64,000 nt of DNA from Nymphaea colorata (lineage: Eukaryota), in assembly GCF_008831285.2 (NCBI RefSeq), contig NC_045138.2, positions 2,542,001 to 2,606,000 of the forward strand, read 5' to 3'. Below are positions 37,464-50,864 of the stretch, one piece after another; the first letter of the stretch is position 1, and every line of letters begins with the position of its first letter. The notes below the pieces were generated by a model, which saw only the letters and a program-made list of their open reading frames with translations, was not told the DNA's origin and ran no database searches. A program made the translations under genes and the position numbers.

Positions 37464-38653
37464 TACCAATTACCTGTTGTGGACGTGGTAGATGCAGCAA
37501 TTATTGGATCTTGATGTGAGTGGGATCTGAGATTGGGAGCCTCATAGTTGGGGCCTTGGGGCTAGGATCAAGGTTCTACACCTTCGATCAATGAACAAAG
37601 TTTCTTAGCTCATAATTATAAACGAAACAAGACAAATTTACTGTCCTTGGAGTTTCTGTTGATCCAAATAAACTAGCTGATGATCCTTACGTGCATTTGA
37701 TTCAAAACTGATTTTAATTCACTCTAAGTGTATAGTCAGATCTCATTCGTATCTGGATTTGGATCCCATTTCAATATTTAAAAATTAATTTCCATGCCCA
37801 CACTATCTTTTAGAAAGAGAATTCCTGCCCCCCCATGAACCCAAGTGACCTATTTTCACCTTTTCAGGTGTGTGTGTGTTTCCAAAACTAGCCCACAGTT
37901 TCACGGTCAAAACCCCAGAAATCTCCATTCTTGGCTCTTTCTGGCCAAGAATGAAAGTGGGATGAGAAAATTTGTACAAACTCTAGCACAAACCAAACAT
38001 TTATATAGACATTGCATCATAATCCCAAGTGTTGGTTTTCCCAAATCAATCAACACAGCTACTTTTACATGTTATTTCATTAGAAACGTCATACACATCA
38101 GCTGATATATTTCAAATTGTCATAACCGAGTTAAATTTAAATATGACAAAACATAGCAGAGCTGCATCAATTCTCAAATTCTAAGTCATAGACAAATCGT
38201 GGTAGGAATTTTGTGGGCATGATTATGTCATTTGACTTCATAGCTGAAGATTTTGAGAAAAGATCGACTGCAGTAATATTATCTCATTAAAATTCATGTT
38301 ATTAAAGGAGCAAAACAAGAGATAAGCATGAATACAAGGCCACAAAGAGGCCCCCAAATATTAAAAAAAAAAACACATGTAATGAAAGAATTATATGAGG
38401 TACCTTATGTTGCCTTATCTAGGTGGGGTGGGGCCAACTTCTATGAACACAACGACACCACCATAAGCTGCTGATGAAAAGACATGCAACAGAACTCAGC
38501 CGAAGTACTTCCAGTCTTGGCTTCTTTCCCTGTTGAAAAGGTGATTTCATCCAAATACAACTTTGAAACAACATCCAGCCGCTGTACACTCAGGTGAAGT
38601 CCAGGATTCTCCGTATTCAAAACACAATTTGGATCATAAGGTGGACTGCACAA

Positions 38654-41600
38654 TCAAGAATCTGATCTTGTTGCTCCTGCCGTGAAGGAAGAAAGAAGGC
38701 CAGCAGCCTGAACAGGTAAAATATCTCCAAATGTAGACATGGCCGCAGCTGACTTGTCCTTAAGTCTGCCTACTTGCCCATCTGTGAGCATGGAGCCAAG
38801 TCTAAATGTGCTCTCCCCAAATTTGCTACCAACCTGAATACCAGGAACAAATAAGAAGTGGACAAGAAGCCACTAAGAAATAGTAGTGAAGGGATATATA
38901 TAACAACCTCGATGCAAGAACAGAAATTGAATAATTGATAGAGGCAGAACAGAGTAATTAGGCCGTTGGGAGGCTAGCATGATGTTTACCAAAATTTAGA
39001 GGATACATGTTTCGTTCGGTTATCAGGGAAGATAGTTCCATTGGTTTTTCATTCACCTATTCCTATCTTCCCTGATAACAAGTAATATAAAAAAACCAAG
39101 CGTTGATCTGGGTGAAGCAAGATAGCTGGCTTGTCAAGAGTGCATGTATGTTGTCTGAATCAGCAATTCAAATAATATCGGAGGCTAACTGATTCCATTC
39201 ATAGACTGATATGGGGGGACACATCTTGCATACTGTTCATTTTTATGATTTTTTGAACATTTTTAAGTTTCTCTTTTAAATTATTTTGTACTTTTTTTTA
39301 TTATTTTCTTCTAGGAAAGAACATCTTACTAATTTTTAGCTATACACAACCATTCAGCTGAACCGATGTACCGAATTGAACCTAGCTGCCACAATTCAGT
39401 TTCCAATTTTGACCATAACTGAGTTGCACCATTCTAACCAAGAGAGTTTGAAAGCCCTGTACTTGACTATTGGAAGAAAAATTGCACGTAATTTATCAAA
39501 AAGGGTGTTCCAACTTTCAAAATCCGGAATGCCTCTGCAGCAAGACTGGTGTTGCTTGTCTGATGCAAGACATAACTATTTAACAGTGCTTGAAAGTTTC
39601 AACATCACACAAATTCAAGTTCATAGTTGCATAATATCTTTGCAATTGACCATGGTGAAGGACTAAAAGGGAAATGATTTCACTCTTGTACCTGTGTCAT
39701 AAAGGACTTGAATAGTGGAGTTGCAGTAGTGAAACTGGAAGAATCATCAAACTCAGGTTTTGGGGAATGCTCTCCATTTGAATAAGCCTTCCAAGAGCTT
39801 CTTGAGGATAATTCATCAGATGAACCAGAACGAGTTGGCGTGGATGGACCTCTTGATGATAATACAGGAGCACTGATAAACCAAAAAGCAGAAGAGTGCT
39901 CTATCAGTCTCACTCTTTCCATGAACTAAAGAAAGTAGATTGCAAATGAAATAAAACCATTTACAAACACCAAGACATTACAAAGTAACATACTTCTTAA
40001 AAACAAGGAGCTAGAGATGTTTAACTATTGACAAAGCAGCGAAGCAAGTTTTTTTCAAAATCTTCACACTGTTTTCCCCTGAAGTACAAAAACCTTCTTG
40101 CAAATTATGGAGCTTCAAGGGAATGACAGAAACCTTTCTTACCCAGGAGGATTTGTAGGCTGGAGATATACGCTATTACTTGGAAATGCTTAAAAGGCTG
40201 GGAGAAGTAAATGGAGTTAAGGTGTACCTAGAACTCATAGTGAAATGAAGTTAAGGTGTACCCAAATGGGGTTAAGTTTCTGTCATGGGAACGACAGAAA
40301 CCTTTCTTACCCACAAAGATTTGTGGGCTGGAGATATTTCTCATTACAGCATGCTATTTAACTTAGAAATGCTTAAAAGTTAAAAGGCAAAATAGGGCAC
40401 AGACTAACTGTTAGCCAGAAGAGAAGTAAACAGAGGAAAGGTGTACCTAGAAGTCATAGTGCAAAAAATGTACTCATAAGCAGATGAAACTTTCTTGTTG
40501 ATATATGAGAATACAATTGACTACTGTTTAGTCATTTAACTAAGATCCGTGTGTAGGTGCAACCTAGGCCACCTAGGTTCCATAAACAACAGCCTAGCAC
40601 CTAGGATGGCCTTAGGGACCTAGGCAAATGGCCAGGGTAATGATGAACTTCAAATGCTATTGCATGCTCTGTGTCATACTCCAAATCAGCCTTTAGAGTT
40701 CAATGTCTTAACTTTTTATATTGTAGCCCACTGGTTCACGTTCTGAAAAAGAAAGGTATATATTGAAACATTGTAGTCCCAAACATATTTCTCAATAATG
40801 GAACCACAGGACCGTAAATATAATACTAATGCATGATATGTCATGCTGCAATATTATGTTTCCATCTATATAGCTAGAAAAATAATAGGTGCACATAAGC
40901 AATGTACCGCACAAAAGACACAGATAGGGGTTAGCCTAACAGATGTTGATGATCCTGGTTGGCACAAAGGAAGATAAAAGGAAGGAAAATCAGAAAGAAG
41001 AAGGGTCCCAGTCTAGCTACTGAAAATAGAGAAAACAGAAAACAATTCATTTTTAGACCGGAAAGGCTGAAACAGAAAAAGGGAAAGAATTGTTTGGGCG
41101 CACCCAGGTGCCAGTCTAGGCTATCATCTGCCTAGTGGAGCACTTAAGCCTAATTTTGAATACAAGGATCATGATCTGGTATGATATACCTCTTTATCAT
41201 TGCTATGGCTGCACCAACAGGTGTTGTACAGTACCATAGTGTATCATACTACCCCGTACAATAGGCCACATACCATAGATGTCAAGTGCCAACAGCTTCC
41301 TTTTTCACTTTTACAGCACCAGAGCAGAGCAACTGACTATTCTTGTTTCTTAATGCCCATGGAATCATTTTGACGCCTTCCCTTAGCCTGTTCTCAGCAC
41401 TAGTGCATTTGGCAACAAATCCAACTAAACAGTGTAGACTATAGACTTTGGCAGAAGATGGGTTTCTAACTTCTAAGGATGTGACAGACCCATCCAGCAA
41501 AAAATCTCTCTTGTCCCTGGTTCCCATGTCTGAGCCCTAGAAGCAGTCTAGGAATAAACACCTTTTCACTCTGCAGTAACCGACTTGGTTTTTGCATTGA

Positions 41601-44600
41601 CAAGAACCCAACATGCCTGTTAGATATAAATATAACAGCATACCTTATGGGAAGGTACTTGAACCGTGGAAGTACTGCAGATCTAAAAATATTAGACTCA
41701 GCTTTCGCAGGCAGCTTTTGGACAGTATTTGTGTAAAGACGATTGAGTTGCACTAAGAACCCAAACAAGACTGCATTGCGCTGGTACCATTGCTTCTCAT
41801 TCTCCCAAAGGTAGGACTCGAATCTGCCAATTAAGGAACAAGTTATAAGATTAAGAAGCAGAAAAGAAATATAAAAGGAATTGCATATATACAATGAAGT
41901 GTGATTTAGCCTGGAAAAATTACACACAAACAGAATTTGCATATATACTTCTCACATTCCTACATTTCACACCACATTCTTATCCTGAGATTTGAAGGAA
42001 ATGAAGACTTTTAAAGAACAGAGAATCTTACGTAGCCCAATCTATTGGATCCAGCCTCTGAGAAAATGCATGTATCAATGATTGGGTAGGATTCACACTA
42101 GCAGAAACAGGTGGAACTGAACTGTGCTTACTTCGAAAAGGAATCCGTTTCAACAGTTCTTTCTCTTTAATATCAGCATCGCTGCTCAAAAATGGTTCAC
42201 TTCGACAAGAAAGCACGTCAGAGATAAACCGCAAATCAAATATAAGTTGAAGAATTCCCTTTTCAGACACCTGAACTGTACGGGTCTCGGTATTTAAGAA
42301 ATTCCTATATGTAGTCACTGCCTACACACATAAAATTGAAAGAGAACAATAAAATAAATTTTAGCATATAAAGTGAATCCACATGATCCCTTCAGAAACT
42401 TATTTGAAGAAACTTAACAAATATTTTCCACAATAATTAAATTTGCAGGAACAAACAAGGCAAACAGTAAACCAACTAGAAGATAGACATGGTATCAAAC
42501 CATCAAAACTTCCATAGATAAGGTTTTAGTACACTAAGTTGTCTGCTGAAACTGCATGTGTATAGTAGCTTTCTTGTCCAATTCGTTGCTTTTAATTCAC
42601 AATCTCAGGTGACAAAAAATCTACATTTACTAGTTTTAACAGTAAGCTTGATATTACTCCTATTTTACAACAATCAGAGTACAATCATCCTTGTTAGTTG
42701 CTTTAAGACAACCATTCTGTAATTTTGAGAAATTTTCAAATTCCTACTTCTACCTGGAAATCTACGGCACAGATAGGATTACTTCAGAAGGAGGAACAAT
42801 AAATGAGGATATGAACATACAATCAATAGTGCATTTCTGAGACGCTAAAATAATAAAAAAAATAAAGCAAAGAGATGCATCATCCACACAAGTTTGACTT
42901 TAAGTTAGAGAGACAGGACCAAGGGGGAAAAGTATCACCCTAATACGTGAATTTTCAAAAGACTCAAGCAGAGGTGCAGGTGCAGCAAATAAAAGCCAGC
43001 AATTTTAAGTGCGGTTTGGGTGCAGTTGATTACTTTTCGTCCACATTTGGGTCTGCATAGAACTCAGAACTCGGTGCAATAAAAAATGCCTAGGTGTAAC
43101 GCGAGCTGCTTTTATTATAAAATTAGACTAGGTTAGCAACTTAGCATTGCCCAGATTTAGTTTAATTCCTTTGTATCAACTTTTCTTTAGAAAAGAAAAA
43201 AGGGAAAATGGGTTAGAACATGTTGAAAACTTCATAATTCATATAGATTGGTATATCAAATTTTTAAGTACTAAGGGTGCAAATGGGCCAGATGTAGTCT
43301 GGGATATTGTTATTTCCTATCATACCAAATATTATCCCAATTTGACCTCTTATGTACTTATCTGTCCTGGATCTGACCAGTTTGCAACACTAATTTTTAC
43401 TTAGGCTAGTCTATCTGAATTATATTGGTATCATCAAATTAAATATGAGGTGTGTAGTGTGAGCATTCTGAACAAGCTACAGATAAGCTGTCAGCAAACA
43501 TCCTGATAAGAATAATGTGTAGCATTCCTGAACCTACTATCAGCTTGTACTGATTCATTAAGAAGCATAAATCAAAAGCATACTGGAACGCTTATTGGAG
43601 TACAAATCAACACAGCCAAGGACTGATCATTAGAAACAACACACATAAATGGAACCTCATACGGGAATTAGTTCCTTTTTTGGGTCCCTGAGTAGAGAAA
43701 CCCGAAAACAGCCCCATCAAGTGGCCTCAGATTCTGCAACTAATACACACCCATTTGTTAGCAAAAACTGATAACAGAACCTACATTCAAGTCCAAAGTC
43801 ATGGTTTTACAGTTTGTGTTTAATAACTTTAATTACTTATTGCATAGAGAATTCAATGGGATAACTTAATAAAGGCATATGATAACCAACGAGGATCAGT
43901 TGAAAAGTTTTAGCTGGCAGCATATATTGGACATCAGACTTTTCAAACTTGTCATGTGCGTGAAATTTTGTTTCTTATTCTCATAAAAATGTCAGACACT
44001 TAATACAAAAGTATTACAATATATACACACACACATGCACACGTGTGCATGCACATACATGTCTCTTTATTTTTATTCTATGATCATATTTGGTTTGTTC
44101 AAAATATAGGTGCCACAAGTAAGAAGTTCGTTAACAATGTTATTAATCTATTTCAGTTGCATGTTTTTCCCTTCTCAGGAAATACTCCAGATAGTGGATC
44201 ATAATTGTTTTCTAAGGAAATATCTATTTAGTTCAATCAATAGAAGACAGAAATAAGACATTTCAACTTGTATATAAACAAGAACTTTGGATGTTACAAA
44301 CATCAAATAAAAAACTGTCTTCACCAAGTTTTTACTCTCAACAATTTTTTGAGATTTGAAGATGATGTTCCCCCTAACTCAGGGTATGACCATGCGTAGC
44401 AATAAAAAGAAATCAAAGAATATCATGATAAGTTGCTCGTACTATAAAAAATGCAGAGAAAAAGAGCATTTTCTTGCCTTTTCCAGTAGTGTCTGTGAAA
44501 AAGTTTGCAAGATAACTTTGTCAAGTACATGGCCTCCAACTCTATGAATCTCTTGGCATGCTTCAAACAGGAAAGACGTAACATATAGTGAAGGCATGGA

Positions 44601-47600
44601 AGGAAGCGCTATTTTCATCTCCTCTAAAGATTCACCACTAGATTCTTTTGACTGATCTTGTTTAAGTATAGTTTCTTCCCAACCCTGAACAAAAGGCAAA
44701 AAACGGTAACTAAACAAGGACAGGTAGGCATATAGATGGTATAAATATAAAATGCTGCATCCTTCAAGTAACGAGAAAATTTTTACACAGCTATCTCCAT
44801 ATCAGTAGAGACAACCACAGTATGTCTAAAGCCACAGGCAGACAACATCATGGTAGTGTCGGTGCAAAAAGAAAGTTTGCAATTTTAGGTTATCATGCAG
44901 GCTATTTAATTTGAGAATGGAAATTTCTCATAAGGCTTTCTGCATATCAGTAAGAGAAGATTAAAATGTCTAAAGCACTAGCAGTACAAATGCCAAGAAA
45001 GGCAAAAAAGGTAAGCTGCAATTTTGGATTATCAAGCAGACAACTTAAATATAGTTATACACCACCAAGCATCCACACACAATAACAAAACCATGAAATG
45101 ATTATAGCATATGCAGCTGTAAGCAATAACCACATGTGCCAACCTAGATTAATTAGCCAACTGTAAACGAAAATTACATATGCCTCAGAGACCCACAACC
45201 AAGACCGCAGCATGTGAAAGATCCCTTTCTGCTATGTGTATGGGTTGGTGTGCATATGTTCCCAAAATCAGAAGTTGGATAAGGTTGTTCAAGTCCCAAA
45301 TGAGACCAACTGGGACTAGTCACTCCAACTTGGTCCAAATCGATTGACTATAAATTAATAGATTTATGTAGAAATAAATACAGAAACATATAAATCTACA
45401 CAAAGAATGCAGCACATCTATAGTTATAGGCCAAGGCTTTCTTGGCTGACCAATAACTAGGTTGTCTAATACAATAGTCTGACCAACTAATCGCTGGTTG
45501 AAAATGCAGATAAGGGCATGTGTACCACAAATAGTTCCAGAATGTAAAGGATGTTTATATGTATCATTCCCCATCTTGAAATTTTTACAAAATACAACTA
45601 TGTCTCCCATATAAGATTTCTAGTTCCGTCTCTATGTATGTGCAGGTGCATCAGGCATGCATTTACGGATCAACATTAGCTCTAGGCTTTGTGGTGTTAG
45701 CTTTTTAAGTATGTTACTGATGTTAGCTTTAATCGTATCAAAGGGCCATACTTTTAGGTGAAAGGAAAGATAATTACATGTAGACATGAAAATTTTGGTC
45801 CAACATTCTCACAAAATTTGAAAGAAAAAATAATAAAAAGGACCAAGAATGATCTTTACCACAAAATAGAACCAATCCAGTAGACTGAAATCTTAAGTCC
45901 CCTGCCCCATACATGTTGAACAAATAGAGATGCAAAACAAGACCATGAGGAGCGCATCAGATCATACACCATAATACATATTCTCATTGAATCTACTTCT
46001 ACACCAGCATGTCCCACTGCCCTGAATAGCTAGAAAATGTCTTTAGTGTAGCATCATTATGTAAGTCCACGCAATGATTCATACTACATTTAATGGCACG
46101 GTCCAGACTCCAGTGTACAAATCAACTGCTATTAGGAATCTAATGTTCTAAATACCCATTAAAGTTTCGTCTTGCCACATTTGAAGGCTTTTCAGGGTTA
46201 GTCTAAGTCTAAGACCACTTTGACAATCAATCCTGAAAAGCCTTTCCTCCCTAGATATTTGTTATTGGGTATGATTAAACTTGGCGAAGTTGTCTAAAAT
46301 TTGCAAACCAATAATTTTTCAATAAGGCATCTAAGTTCTAACATATCCAACGTTAAAGAAATGTGCATACAAGGAAGACAAAGGACTGAGCCCAAGGATG
46401 GATCCAACAGTTCTATCCTTATGCAAATTAAAGAAGTATATTCATTCAATGGTGTTAGGCATCACCAGAGGTGTTCCTATATGAGAGAAACACTCTGTCT
46501 AGAAGCTCACTTCAGAACTAGGCTCTTCATTCCAAAACATGATAGCCATAGCATTTTCCTTAAGGTTCACTGACACTTCCTTGCTTGCATTTATATTTTC
46601 CCAAAGCTTAGAATCAATTCTTCCAGTCCTTCTCCTATTAGCCTGTCTTGTCTGTACATGTGCGTACATGGGGCATTACATGCATACAAATGGTAGAAGA
46701 AACAAACTTCTAACTAGAAGTGCATAGATGCACAAACACATAAACACCTATATAAATATACATATACATATGTACATTCTCAAAGATGCATAATTATGCT
46801 TAAGTATAGAAAAGTTTTGTAATTTGCACTTATGAGACTAAATACTTTTAATTATTAAAGCACGTAAAAAATAGAGTACAGAAAGCTAAAGATCACGCTC
46901 ATAAAGCAATATTTTTCCATTTACATCTATCACAGATAGCAGTATTCAAAGTCAAAGTTGTGAACATCAAGAAGCAAAACTAAAAGTACATGTGTTTGTA
47001 TCATGAACCTCAAAACAAACAACTAAACTGAAAATGTAAAAACTTCAGCTTACCTTCAAGGCAGTACTGGTGGATAACGCATCATCCATTGAAAGATCCT
47101 TGGCAAGAGCCATAGCCAACTGATTGGACATCCATGATATCCACAGTTTATGTGCCTTCACACAAAGATCCCTCAAGGTCTTGCTGAGTTCTTGAAGTTT
47201 CGGATTTGCATTCTCATCCAATCCATAAGCATGAAAACCAACACGAGGTGATGACAAGCTTTGTATTCTAGGGCTTTCGAGTATCGGTTGATCAAGACTA
47301 CCCCTTGGCTGCCATACATTCGACGATCCTTTAGCAAAATTGTTAGCTTTTCCTTGAGTCGTCCACACTGTTGGGGACCCAAGAATCAACGGAATGTAGC
47401 TTGAATGATTGCGCAAAGCAAAGAAGAGCCGCCCAATCAGAAGAGATTTCTCAACAATAAGAGACAATTGTTCTTTGTCGCCGTGTTTATCGTTCAAAGC
47501 AGTGGAAAGAAGCCCCAGCTCCTCTTCCAGTTCCTTGACAATTTTTGATAGACTATTGAAGCACCTTTCCTGAATAAAAGGTGCCAGCTCCTTCAACCTG

Positions 47601-49225
47601 GGGCTCGGTTTCTGCACCCCGGTGAAGCACAAGAGGTCTTCCAAAATACTCTTGCATTTATCGTCCACTGCATCTCTAATTCGACTGACTTGTGATCCAA
47701 AGTACGCATCAAGGCACGCATGAAAGTCATTCTCGTCATCCATCGCCTTCATGGGAGTCAATCCCACTTTCTTAGTACTTGTGATTCTGTCAGTGAACCA
47801 AAAGCTGCCATATGAAGAGGATTTTTTCAGGGAACTGTGAGACTCGACACCTTCCTTGAGGGCATCTTTGATTTTAACACTCCTAACCATTTCCTCGAAG
47901 GCCAGATTGATTATTTCCTTCATTCTGTGAACAAAAGTCTGCTCGAACAATTCATCCCACAGATTCTTGGGTTGCCCAAGAACAAGTCGGCAGATGCCCT
48001 CCCATGGAGACTCAATAACCAAGCCATAGTAACTTCTGAGCCACTCCAAGCTACCGCCCAGAGCTTCTTTCTCGTCCACTTTCGCTCTCACGTCCTTTTC
48101 AACAGATGCCAAACGCCCCCCACTTCCAAAAGCTTCCACCAACCGGCGCCCGTCGCTCAGAACGGCGGAATTCACGAGCTCGGACACCGAGTTAACCCAC
48201 GATAAGCAACTCTCCGAGATGAACTCCGGCTCAAGCATGCACATCACGGACTCAAGCTTCTCCCAGTGCTGTTTCCAAGCCTTGGCTTCCTCCTCGTGAT
48301 CCGGAATCCCCCCGAAGAGTTGCGATCCCGGCGGGGCGCTCAAAACTTTCTTATAGAACAATGGTAGGTCATTGGAGGTGCGAAGGAAGAGCTCGCCCAC
48401 TTGGCCGAGGGTAATCTGAATTATGGTCACCACCTCACAGAAGCTCCTAGATACGGCTGCGAAGGCAGCAGAAGAGTGCCCGTCGAAGGCTTGCGAGTTT
48501 CGCATCGCCTGAGAGACCCACGATCGGCGAGATTCAAGAAAGAGAGCAAGCATCTGATCCGGGCCAAGCTCATCAACTATAGAGATGGCAGACAGCGCAT
48601 CGGCGAAAAGCTCGGCGGTGCTGCCGCTACAGCCGACCGGATCTAGCAATCTGTCTCTGCTCCTCTGCGAGATCTGCCCCTTGAAGCTCTCGACCAACTG
48701 AAACTGGTGCTGCAGAAGGGGAAAGTTCCCGAGGAACTCCTTCGCCGAAGGGCTCTCCACGAGCAAACTATGAACCTTTCTAGCCCTGAGGTACCTACCA
48801 GCGGCGTCCAAGAACATTGACTCGTCAAGAAACCCCCAAATGTTCTCCGGCGTATCGACCAGGTACTTTATCCTACATCCAACGCCGTAGAGCTTCTTTC
48901 TCCGCTCCTTGTAACCGACGTGGCCGGCGCCGCCCGCGGAATTGTTAGCTTCATCGCCGTCGGCGGCGGAGAGCGACCGAATGGAGGTGTCAATGCGGCA
49001 GAGATTAGCACAGATGGATTCGGAGGAGGCCTTCATGAGGAGGATGAAATCCGCGGATTGGATGAGATCGCGGTAACTCCGGCCGACGAGCTGCCGCAGT
49101 TCCTCCTGCTTGTTGTCGATCTCCTTCCGCGTCGACGCCTCGACCGAGCGGATCTCAGAAATCGGCCTCGACCGGAAAAGCGACTCCGCATCTCCGTCGA
49201 GGTACCTCGAAGAAGGAACCCTCAT
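38654..49225 (-). CDS. COG1: Conserved oligomeric Golgi complex subunit 1, 1069 aa, 6 exons
   Basis: Exons 49225-47054, 44684-44478 (GC donor), 42321-42032, 41823-41644, 39872-39692, 38833-38654; in phase (3210 nt). N-terminal DAESLFR..PISEIR.VE...[17 protein letters not shown] (Vps51/COG1 domain), [45 protein letters not shown]-terminal [19 protein letters not shown]. Confidence 0.95.
40119..40461. repeat. Diverged direct repeat (two ~120-175 bp copies) in a COG1 intron
   Basis: GGGAA.GACAGAAACCTTTCTTACCCA...GGCTGGAGATAT...GAAATGCTTAAAAG...AAGGTGTACCTAGAA.TCATAGTG at ~40119 and ~40287; the second copy has insertions. Confidence 0.8.
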
Positions 49226-50010
49226 GGCTGCCTAGTGCAGAAGGAGAGAGGCCAGGGAATTCCAGAGGGAGAGAGAGAGAGATCTCCTTCCTCTCTACAT
49301 TTCAGAGAGGGGGCCAACAGTCTCTCCCCGCTCTTTCTCGGACACTTTAACCGACGGACGGGATAACCAGCGGTTGTTTGAATTGTCCGAAACAATTCAT
49401 CCGACGTATGATGACAGATCGTTCAGCCGTGTCTGTTATCCGGAGAAACTTTGTCGCAGTATAGAAAAACTCGGACATTGAGTTAGATTGGTTTGCCTAG
49501 ATTCGTGTACGCGTCCTACTTCGAATCCATTTAGCTGCATCCGTTAAAATAATTTGGATCCGTTTTATAGCTTGGATTCAGATTAGGTATGCAGTTCCAT
49601 GACATAAAATTCAGAAAAAACTGATATACCACTCGGATCCACTATTTGGATCTTAATCCGGTTTTAGAAAATAGGATCTCTGCTTAAATCTGAATATCAT
49701 TAATCAAGTCCAATAAAAACAGCTACTCACTAACTTCAAAGTTTCAAAGAGCTTGCTTAGAAGGTGCCATTTCAAGATTTTAACTTCCTTGAACCACCTT
49801 TCATAGATACGAAGAAACAACAATAAAAAAAACAACATTTGATTGCTTTAACAAATGTTTAATAGCTAAATAATAACTTAAAAAGTCGCTCTCTTTAGTT
49901 TCCATGCAATTGAGGGAAAGAGAGTCCAAATCAAAAAGAGTAAGATATCCAAAATGTATATATATATATATATATGGGGAGAGAAAGAGCGTTAAAATCC
50001 TTGATATTAC

Positions 50011-50402
50011 TATAATAACCCGACCTACTCCTCAACTTAGGCCACTGGTTCGGCGGATCTCAACCTACCTCCTAGCGGTTTCAATTTCAACCCTAAAAAG
50101 ACTATGAACAAGAACAACCATCTATTAAGTTTTTGAAGATCTCTTACAATCTTCAATAAAAAACTAAATTTTTGTGACGTTACAATCTACCTTTTTTAAG
50201 ATACACGCGTCTGCTTGTGTAGAACTATAGGTCTGAATGTTGAACCGGCTCTGATGCTACTATATTCCTAAGCTCAAGCTCCTGATATGATGGATTCCAA
50301 CCCACTCTTTAGTAATTTCGACTTTAACCTATCTATAAACCAGTACAACCATCTATTCAATAACCCATTTCATAAACCCTTGAAAATCTCTCATAATATA
50401 CA
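50011..50402 (-). mobile_element. TRIM, second copy of the family at 1310-1729, more degraded
   Basis: Minus strand: LTR 50402-50261 (TGTATATTATGAGAG...), PBS TAGCATCAGAGCC 50259-50247, internal region homologous to copy 1 (GGTT.AACA.TC.GAC...GCGTGT..CTTAA..AAG..GAT), LTR 50184-50011 (TGTAACGTCACAAAAATTTAG...GTTATTATA). No TSD recognisable. Confidence 0.8.
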
Positions 50403-50530
50403 AGCTTATTGTCATTGTTGATGCTAATATATACTAATATAATTGAAAATCCTACAGGTTCGTTTTCGAAATGATGGGTAGTAATCTTCTCCCCTTAATG
50501 AAAAAAATTAGATTACATTAGGCTAATCTT

Positions 50531-50675
50531 CATATCCAGATAAACATATCCAGATAAAATCGGATAAAGGAAAGCCTCGTATCTGAAGCCATTAAACCAA
50601 AACGAAGATAGGCCGTTATGTCTCGCACGAGCGAGGAAGATGCACGCGTGCGAGAGAACCAGACCCACTATAAAA
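50531..50675 (+). promoter_or_regulatory. Putative PSB33 core promoter: three GATAAA motifs and a TATA box
   Basis: CATATCCAGATAAA twice in tandem (50531-50558) plus GGATAAAGG; TATAAAA at 50669-50675. GATA motifs are common in light-regulated promoters; function is inferred. Confidence 0.4.
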
Positions 50676-50864
50676 TGGGGAGCGAAGCCCAGCGGGAGAC
50701 TCTTCGTCACTCTCACTCTCAGTTCCTCTGCGGCGTTATCCACACCTTGTGGCCATGGATGGCTGCAATCTCCTTCTCCCATTTAAGCTCCCTGTGTTCG
50801 TCGCCATCGTTTTCTCCACTACCACTTCCGTCTGTACCTCACTTTTCTCCTCCGCCGGCCGTCG

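Noticed and set aside
47837..49366. Several long antisense ORFs over COG1 exon 1 (also over kinase exon 1, DUF179, PSB33 and the ERF gene)
   Set aside because: Expected shadow ORFs of GC-rich coding sequence.
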